DNA from: Octopus vulgaris
Taxonomy: Eukaryota
DNA length: 64,000 nt
Assembly: GCA_951406725.2 (NCBI GenBank)
Contig: OX597815.1
Coordinates: forward strand, 100,316,001 to 100,380,000
Direction: 5' to 3'
In this document: one piece after another, positions 54,968 to 64,000 of the stretch
How the letters are laid out: each line of letters starts with the position of its first letter
Numbering within the stretch: the first letter of the stretch is position 1
Notes under the pieces: generated by a model
What the model was told of the DNA's origin: nothing
What the model saw: only the letters and a program-made list of their open reading frames with translations
Databases searched by the model: none
Made by a program: the position numbers and the translations under genes

Positions 54968-55079
54968 AAGCTTATATATTATTAATAATGTTTAAATAAT
55001 GACTAAGAACATCAAACATTAGCTGAAAAAAATATGATATGAGATAGAGTCATATCTATGTATGTATGTATGTAGGTGC

Positions 55080-55153
<74 letters not shown>

Positions 55154-55509
55154 GCTCACATACACAGTTTTGTTAAATCAACTGCTGTTTATACAAAGTT
55201 GCGGTTGATGTCGCCGAACAAAAGACAATTGCTTCCACCTGATGACGTCACTACACGAAACAAGCTGACTACAATGGCTGTCCAATATTGGAGCATTATT
55301 AAATGTTGTATTCTCTTCAGTCTTGTTGTTATAATCATTGCCACCACAACCACCACCACCACCATCATCATCAATAATTCTCAAATTAAAAAAAAAAACA
55401 TTTGCATTGCAAGATAACAAAACTATTATTGATATTATTATTATTATGTAGTTCTCATGCAATAATTTAGAAATATTCACGTTTCAGAAATACAAAAACA
55501 ATTATGATC

Positions 55510-55580
<71 letters not shown>

Positions 55581-56187
55581 CACAGCAAGCAATAACCGTA
55601 TTATTACTGGCATTCTTTCGATATATATTTATTACAATTCATTTGTTGTTTGCGTGGCATGACAACAATATTGGTATTTTAAGATTTTTTGTTCCCTTCT
55701 TTTAATAAAAATGACTTATATTTATATATATATATATATATCTTCTTTTAATTTATTTCTCTCTTTTTTTTTAATAATGTGGTGGTGGCGCGGAAAGAGA
55801 GTTTATCGTACGAAATAAAAAGAAGTATTGAAATTAGTGAAGAAGAAAAAACATATTTTTCGAAACGTTTTATTTCTAACTCAATTAAATCTATAAAGTC
55901 TTTTTGTGTGTTTGCATGAGATTTTCAACAGATCTGTTCTTTGAGCAGTCTTTGGACAATAGCGACACGCCTTGATAGAGAATAGCAGGAAATACTTTGT
56001 GAATCGATCAAGACGACGAGCGTAAGAACTCTGCATAAGTTTTCCCGCCAATAGCTTTTCGTGCTTCCATTTTTGTTAAAAGAATTAAGCTGAAAATGAA
56101 AATTGATTAACACAATGTGTATGTATAAATTTATGTACATAAGATTTATACAATGACATGTATCTATATGTATATATATGTGCATAT

Positions 56188-56251
<64 letters not shown>

Positions 56252-57070
56252 CATTAATATGTATGTATACATATTTAAATATTTTGTCTACATATATGCA
56301 TTTATACGTACATATATGTGTGTGTGTGTGTGTGTGTGTGTAATTATATATACATATATATATATATATATATAAATTATATAATCATACACATATATAT
56401 ACATTGATATGTATGCATTATGTACCTACATATACAGTTATATGAGTATCTATGCTTATAGGCATCTATGTATATACGTGCGTGCATACATTCAAAAGAG
56501 AGAGTGTTTATGCGAATATGTTTTGCTACATTTTCAATGCAAAGAGAAAATGTATATATTTACCTTTCGTGTATACGTAGAGAATTACACGGGTAAAAGC
56601 ACATAACTACATAGATAATTGATTTTACAATGGAAATATGCATTATAACTGCAATCTTAAAGGTCTTCCGAATACGCACGCGCACGCGCACGTACAATAG
56701 ACGCTCGCACGCGCGCCCATACGTATGTATGTATGTATGTATGTATGTATGTATGTATGTATGTATGTATGTATGTATGTATGTATGCATGTATGTATGT
56801 ATGCATGCTTGTATGTATGTATGTATGCATGCATGCATGTATGTATGTATGTATGCATGCATGCATGTATGTATGTATGTATGCATGTATGTATGTATGT
56901 ATGTATGCATGCATGCATGCATGTATGTATGTGTGTATGTATGTATGTATGTATGTATGTATGTATGTATGTATGTATGTATGTATGTATGTATGTTTGT
57001 ATGTACGTATATATCTATGTATGCATGCAAGCATGTATGTATCAGAGAGTGGGAAGGAAGAAAGTATATA

Positions 57071-57118
<48 letters not shown>

Positions 57119-57432
57119 GAAGGTGTTTATAAGGAATATATTGACTATCGTGTATGTACAGCGTGACTGCATACACTTTCCATATAGATACGTGTATTGC
57201 TCGCTTGTGCCAATGTCACGCAGGTTTTTGACAGAATTTGTTTGAAACAATTGACCAACAATACTCTAATGAAACACTGGCATTATATTGTATTATATTG
57301 CATTGTATTACGCTATATTATATATATAGTTAATAAGAAAAAAAAACGAAGAAAAACACAAGAAAAAAACAACAACGCGAGGACGTCGTACATGCAAAGT
57401 ATTAGCAGACGTTCAAGGAAGGAAAGAAAGGT

Positions 57433-57469
57433 AGTTTTACGTTTCGAGCAAAGCTCTTCTTCGGAAACC
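57433..57469 (-). ncRNA. Minimal Penelope-type hammerhead motif with variant core (CCGAAGA)
   Basis: Minus strand ggttt-CCGAAGA-a-gagc-ttt-gctc-GAAAC-GTA-aaact; palindromic ACGT stem III. Confidence 0.55.
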
Positions 57470-57582
57470 GGGGATAGAGGAAAGCCCAAGAGAAAGAGAA
57501 GGCGAAGGAAAAAAATCGCCAACGATCCACACGTAGTTACATTTTGAAAATATATATATACAAACATATACAATTATACATG

Positions 57583-57636
<54 letters not shown>

Positions 57637-57758
57637 TATACATGTAATTATATATATATATGTATATATACATATACATACATACATACATTCATACATA
57701 TATATATATATATATATATATACATACATACATACATACATATATATATATATGTATG

Positions 57759-57804
<46 letters not shown>

Positions 57805-57834
57805 CATACATACATTCATACATATATATATATG

Positions 57835-57892
<58 letters not shown>

Positions 57893-57909
57893 CATACATA
57901 CATTCATAA

Positions 57910-57946
<37 letters not shown>

Positions 57947-57949
<3 letters not shown>

Positions 57950-58184
57950 CTCTAGTTTCAGCTCAGAGCTGCGGCCATGCTGATGCACCGCCGTTTTGTG
58001 CTACACTGTTATTACGAAGAACTTCGTCTAATATGTGGTACTTGGTGAAGAATGGAGTTTGATATAGCTACTCTCATTTGCACCTCTTGCCTTGAGGTAG
58101 GTTCATCTGGGACTCTTGACAGGAAGATGTCCAGCTTTGATTTAAAAACCGCTACATCTACTTTGTGCAAGTTCCTCAGACTCT
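57947..58184 (-). mobile_element. CR1/L2-like LINE 3' end
   Basis: [48 protein letters not shown] (FK..LD.FL..VPD.P motif), then tail ggcggtgcatcagcatggccgcagctctgagctgaaac. Confidence 0.85.
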
Positions 58185-58383
58185 TATATATATATATATA
58201 TCATCGTCGTCATCATCATCAACTTCGGTCCACGAACCAGTGGAACGGCTAGCTTGGGCTTTATTTGCAGAGTTGGATCAATAAATCCAGTAATTTTAAT
58301 CAATGTGAGATATGTAGGCATATATATATATAGAGAGAGAGGGGGGGGACAAACAAATACATACATATGTATGTATATATGTC

Positions 58384-58434
<51 letters not shown>

Positions 58435-58514
58435 CACACACATATGTATATACTTGTATATACATGTATATGTATATATACATATATGTGTGTGTATGTA
58501 TATATATATGCATG

Positions 58515-58548
<34 letters not shown>

Positions 58549-58660
58549 TAAGGCAAATCAAAAATAAAAAAACAGGAAAATAACAAAAGTCAAAAGGACA
58601 TACGCATTGAATGTATTAGATTGACGCTCTAAGAAACTTAAAGGTGGAAAAAAAGAAGGG

Positions 58661-58695
58661 CTGTGACGTTACAAGCGTGGCTCTTCGTCAGAAAG
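58661..58695 (-). ncRNA. Mutated minimal hammerhead motif, same family as 57433
   Basis: cttt-CTGACGA-a-gagc-cac-gctt-GTAAC-GTC-acag (GAAA>GTAA). Confidence 0.45.
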
Positions 58696-58796
58696 AGTAA
58701 AGAAGAAAAGTTCAGAGAGATGGGAAAGAACAGTTCGAGAAAGGCACGTGTGTCGTTACACGGTTGAAGATTAGCTAAACTGACAGACAGACAAAG

Positions 58797-58871
<75 letters not shown>

Positions 58872-58872
58872 G

Positions 58873-59008
<136 letters not shown>

Positions 59009-59250
59009 GTAATAACTTTATATTCAGGTATACACCTTCTTGTACAGTTTAAAGCCCGTCCACAGTAATAGGCTATCTGACGTCAACAACAGTATGGAAA
59101 AGTCACCTAAGACGCATCTGCACCTATGATGCATGACAATAGTTTGTACAGCATCTCACCTGTAAGGTAGCTGTGCTTGATGAGTGGAAACGATCGTAGT
59201 GGTTCTGAATAAACAGTCTCGTGAATTCTGTTTTCAATCTGTCACATCAT

Positions 59251-59313
<63 letters not shown>

Positions 59314-59350
59314 TGTGTGTGCATGTGTGTGGTATGTATGCTTGTATATA

Positions 59351-59556
59351 AGGCGGCGAGCTACATAAACGTTAGCACACCGGGTGAAATACGTAGCCGT
59401 ATATATCAAATTCCGCCGAGGTCGACTTTGCCTTTCATCCTTTCTGGGTATAAATTAAGTACCAGTTACGCACTGGGGTCGATGTAATCGACTTAATCCC
59501 TTTGTCCTTGTTTGTCCCCCTCTGTGTTTAGCCCCTTGTGGGCAGTAAAGAAATAG
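59351..59556 (+). mobile_element. SINE family B copy carrying a Tx1-like 3' tail
   Basis: aggcggcgagct..gtcgactttgcctttcatcc..ggggtcgatgtaatcgac..tttgtcccctctgtgtttagccccttgtgggcagtaaagaaata. Confidence 0.85.
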
Positions 59557-59975
59557 GTATGTATGTTTGTATGTATGTATATGTGCATGTATATATATAT
59601 ATATATACATATACATACATATATATATATATATATACACATCTAATATAGGATAAAATTTTTCGAAAAAGATTCTATCAATGGTCAGCATATTAAAGGT
59701 ATATATATATAGTTCAAATTTACAGAAAACAAAACACGAAGACAGGTGAAGGAACAACGATCGGTTATATTTGTTTAACGCTCGGGAAGAATGGACAAGT
59801 CTTTGACGTTTCGAGTCCCTTACATTCCGTTTAGAACAATAGAGTTCCTAGACCCATCATAATGATCGATCTTCCCAGATCTCCATATTTTTTATCATCA
59901 GGATGTAAATCGTTGCCAGAATTTGAAATGTAATCATTTTATTTCTTACTCATTTGTCATACATTTATATTGTTT

Positions 59976-60064
<89 letters not shown>

Positions 60065-60873
60065 GTGTTGATTGTGCTATATCATCATTAATCGTTTATT
60101 TCTTTGCGAAATATTCTAAAATGTATTTATGTATTTAGAAAGTAAGAATGTATGTCTTCTTATCTAGTTTAGATGTGTTGTATGTTTTGCAATTGTTCCT
60201 TGTTGTCGTTGCATTGTGAGTTTTACCAGAGCGCATACAGGTATGACCAATCTGAGAGTTGAACTTAAGAAGCATACAACTTTCTCTTTTTCTCAATCAA
60301 TAAAAATAGGCAATATTATTTACAATTACATAGCCATTAAGCATGTTCATCTCAATATATAAGCTACTTAATAGCTATTCTTTCTCCAGTGGAAAAATAA
60401 GCGTAGTAAGTCTTTTCTCGTCCAAAATTACGTTTTATTTACTTCATTCCACATCATACTTTTTCATGTATGATTGTATATATTTTGTTCCGTTCTTTAG
60501 TGTTTACATTAACATATTTTTTTAAGACTGCTTCCGTATTTATTCTTTGTTGCGTTTTACTTTATCGCTATTTCTAATTTCTCTCTCTTTTACATTCAGT
60601 TTTAAGCTTTCGACGGTCAAATGCCATAATATAGAATAACCTAATAACCTGTTGATTTTTACGTCTTTTTGTGGTGTCCTGTACGTATATATATTTATAT
60701 ATGCATGTATATATACATGTAGATGTCGGTACGTACATATATGTTTGTATGTGTGCATATATTTTATTTATTACACTATTGTCTGACAGCGCTTCGCGTC
60801 GGGTTCGTTTGAATTTTCGATTTTTCGAATTTTCACTTCGTTCCGAACCCTTTCCTCCATGTTTGTTTTTTAG

Positions 60874-60931
<58 letters not shown>

Positions 60932-60935
60932 TATG

Positions 60936-60998
<63 letters not shown>

Positions 60999-61068
60999 GT
61001 ATGTATGTATATGTGTGTGTGATATATACATATATATATGTATAGATATATATTTGGGTGTGTGTGTG

Positions 61069-61100
<32 letters not shown>

Positions 61101-61144
61101 AAGAAGTATGTATGTATGTATGTATGTATGTATGTATGTTTTGT

Positions 61145-61470
61145 TTTGTATGGGGAGACCACAAGGGGCAGCAGTATTCGAAGTGTGGCCGTACAAAGGA
61201 GGAGAAAAGTGGAATGATGACACCTTGTTCTCTGGACAGTATTTGACCTCATTTATTGCTGCTATGATGCCAGAGGCAATGAATGTTACGTCCGAGATTT
61301 TATGTTGGGAATCAACTTCGTTCACTTCTCTTACGTCAATATCAGTGAGATCACTAAATACAGAGCAGTATTGTTTCTGCAGTATTTCTGCCGTATCTTT
61401 AGCATCGTGTTGGGGAATGCCGTTATCATCGATCAATGGCCCAGTGGGTGAGACAGTGGTTCTAATAATA
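61145..61470 (-). mobile_element. CR1/L2-like LINE ORF2 remnant with large internal deletion
   Basis: [21 protein letters not shown] (EN-RT linker) fused to [19 protein letters not shown] (post-RT motif). Confidence 0.8.
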
Positions 61471-61669
61471 GAACACTTATATATATATTTATATATATAT
61501 ATATATGCTTGAATGTTTTATATTTATATATATGTATTATATATATTGATGTTTGAACGTTTTATATTTATATATATGTGTATTATATATATATATATAA
61601 ATTTATACATGTACGTGTGTGCGTGTGTGTGTGTGTGTGTGTGCGTGTGTGTGTGTGTGTCTGTGTGTA

Positions 61670-61746
<77 letters not shown>

Positions 61747-61952
61747 TTAGTTATAATTTGCTCTTCAGCTATACATACACCAATACGTTCTAAACAATAT
61801 GTTTCTGCTCTTTCGCAGTTCAAAAGCCTCGCTTCGAAAACTGAATCTAAAACATCCTACAACATTTAAATTAAGAATTACTTAAGATTACAAAGAAATA
61901 TTCACAGAAGATCAGTACACAAGCGAGAGAGGTGGCTCTGAAACAAAATGTT

Positions 61953-62025
<73 letters not shown>

Positions 62026-62300
62026 CCCACCTCTCTCTCTCTGAAAACAAATACATAGAAAATATATCTGTGATAGCGTGTAACATTATTGACATAGATT
62101 TTTTTAACGGGAAGCCTTTGAGTTTCGTACTTTTGATGAAAACCTCAAGCAGACATGATAACTTTAGAATCCTTCTGTTTACTTAAGACTAACAATTGGA
62201 GTACACAAATGAGCCATCTCCATTAATAGAATGCCTCTCACTTTCTCTCTCCTTCTCTCTTTTTTCCCTCCTTCTTTCCCTCACTGCTAATTGTTTGATG

Positions 62301-62408
<108 letters not shown>

Positions 62409-62449
62409 TAATCACTACCACTGATTTATCACCACCTTACTGACAATGA

Positions 62450-62486
<37 letters not shown>

Positions 62487-63929
62487 GCACGCTCCCATTT
62501 TTTTCTTCTTCTTCTTTCCTAATGGCAGGTTATGCCTCCAGAACACCCCAAACCCTATGATCGAAGGCGATTGTTTAATGTAAGGCCAATAAATGAAACA
62601 TCGCAAGAGTACAACCCATAATTTTCTCTATCACACTATCTCTCAATTTCTTTTTGCATCTTTGCCCCCTCTTTTTCCGTCTTTCCCCCCTTCTCTGTTT
62701 GTCTTTCTATATCTGTATCCCTTTCTTTTCTTTCTTCTCTGTAATTCCTCTCCAACTTAAAACTCCGATTATGCGTTAATAGTTAGGAAGACGATGAAAA
62801 CGATGTTGCGAAAGGATATTAACAAACACTTCTGGATGTTTGCTCTGCTGATGTCGTCTGCCAGAACTGAAGTGACGAGTAAAGAGAAAATGATAGCTTT
62901 GTGCAAGAGAAGATTGTCTAAAAATGAACAAGATGAAAGGGGGCCAATGAACGCGGCAAAAGAAAAATAATCTGTTTAAGTATATATGGCGAACTGTGAA
63001 GAACGATAGTTTTGAATATTGAAAAAGCAAACCGAGTTAAATGGCGGTGATAGTGGGATGTTGATGGTATTTATGGAGGTGATGGTGATAGTGGGGGGAA
63101 AGTAATAGTAGTGTTGGAGTTGGTGGTAGTAGAGAGGTGATGGCAGCAGCAGAGATGGTGGGAAGTGGTAGTGATTTATGGTGGTGATGGCGGGGAGTTT
63201 TCAAACGGGAGAGTATGATGAAAATTGCGGTGGTGGTGTTAATAGTGGGATGATGGTAGGGGTGGGATGTCGGTAATATTAGAGTGATGGCAGTGATGAA
63301 AGTTATGGAGATGGGAAGAGGGTGATGGAGGGGGCTGTGCAGGCGAGATGATGGTTGTAAAAGCGATGATGAAGGTGGTGGGTGAGAATTATTTAGCGCG
63401 GAGGGGGGATGAAAGCAGGGATGACGTCGGCGGTGGCGGTGGTAGCGATGGTAGTGATGGTGATAGTGGTGATGGTGGTAGTAATGGTGGTCGTGGTGGC
63501 GGCGGCGGCGGTGAGGTAGTGGGGGGGAGGCTGGTGGTGGTGGTTATGCTGGTGGTGGTGATGCTGGTGCTGGTTGTGGTAGTAATAACAGGGTGAGGAT
63601 AATGATGAAATTTGTGATGGCCATGTTGATGACCATGAAGATGATGGTGCCAATGGCAGTTATATAGTTTATTGTTGTTATGGCTTCTTGTTGTTGTAGA
63701 TGATGTTGTTTAATCCCAGGTGAGCTCTGGCTAAACAAATCTATGTCCAACGTCATTCCTGCCGTGACCACCTCACTTTTATTCCAGACTGTGTTATCAA
63801 ATATGATATGATGGATATTTGGCTGTTATTTCTAGCAGATTGAGTGATCTTTGTTGAGTTAAGTTGGTGAATGACGGTGAAGGTGAAAGTTGTGACGGCG
63901 GTAGGGTGGCGGTGAAGCAGTGAGGCGGT

Positions 63930-64000
63930 GACGGCGGCGGCACGGGCGGCGGCACGGGCGGCGGCACGGGCGGCGGCACGGGCGGCGGCGGCGGCGGCAC
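63930..64000. repeat. 12-bp GC-rich minisatellite (ggcggcggcacg)n
   Basis: Direct observation. Confidence 0.85.

Noticed and set aside
55239-55275. CTGATGAcgtcactacacGAAACaag hammerhead-like spacing (also contains the CRE palindrome TGACGTCA)
   Set aside because: Stem II closes with C-C, there is no UH triplet or stem III, and no stem I partner; a lone CRE 8-mer is expected by chance.
62793-62969. 58-codon plus-strand ORF MKTMLRKDINKHFW...
   Set aside because: No recognisable homology or gene signals.
63348-64000. Pro-rich ORF at the window end
   Set aside because: 12-bp minisatellite; its C-terminus derives from a dispersed repeat (atttggctg.tatttctagcag also at ~13860).

Overview
AT-rich, microsatellite-saturated eukaryotic non-coding DNA. 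The SINE families I recognise point to a coleoid cephalopod, most likely Octopus; this is recognition from memory, not a database result. No host protein-coding gene can be supported, and nearly all ORF-track entries are translations of (TA)n/(CA)n/(GATA)n/(CATA)n/(TAA)n repeats. Solid features: two tandem tRNA-Glu(CTC) genes; many copies of three SINE families; decayed LINE fragments (L1/Tx1-like, R4/Dong-like, RTE-like, CR1/L2-like); DNA transposon relics (maT DD37D, mariner, a hAT MITE with 8-bp TSD, a piggyBac-like foldback, a Helentron-like element); and a Gypsy integrase remnant. The most interesting signal is a dispersed set of type I hammerhead ribozyme motifs (36914-37004, 40573-40645, an inverted pair in 18968-19414, minimal forms at ~57.4/58.7/59.8 kb, relics at 165-270 and ~26.4 kb). 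They sit in non-coding foldback and direct-repeat elements among microsatellites, which suggests a Penelope-like/retrozyme-type population of self-cleaving, hairpin-forming RNAs. Two LINE-SINE shared 3' tails and microsatellite-associated LINE insertions are also visible.
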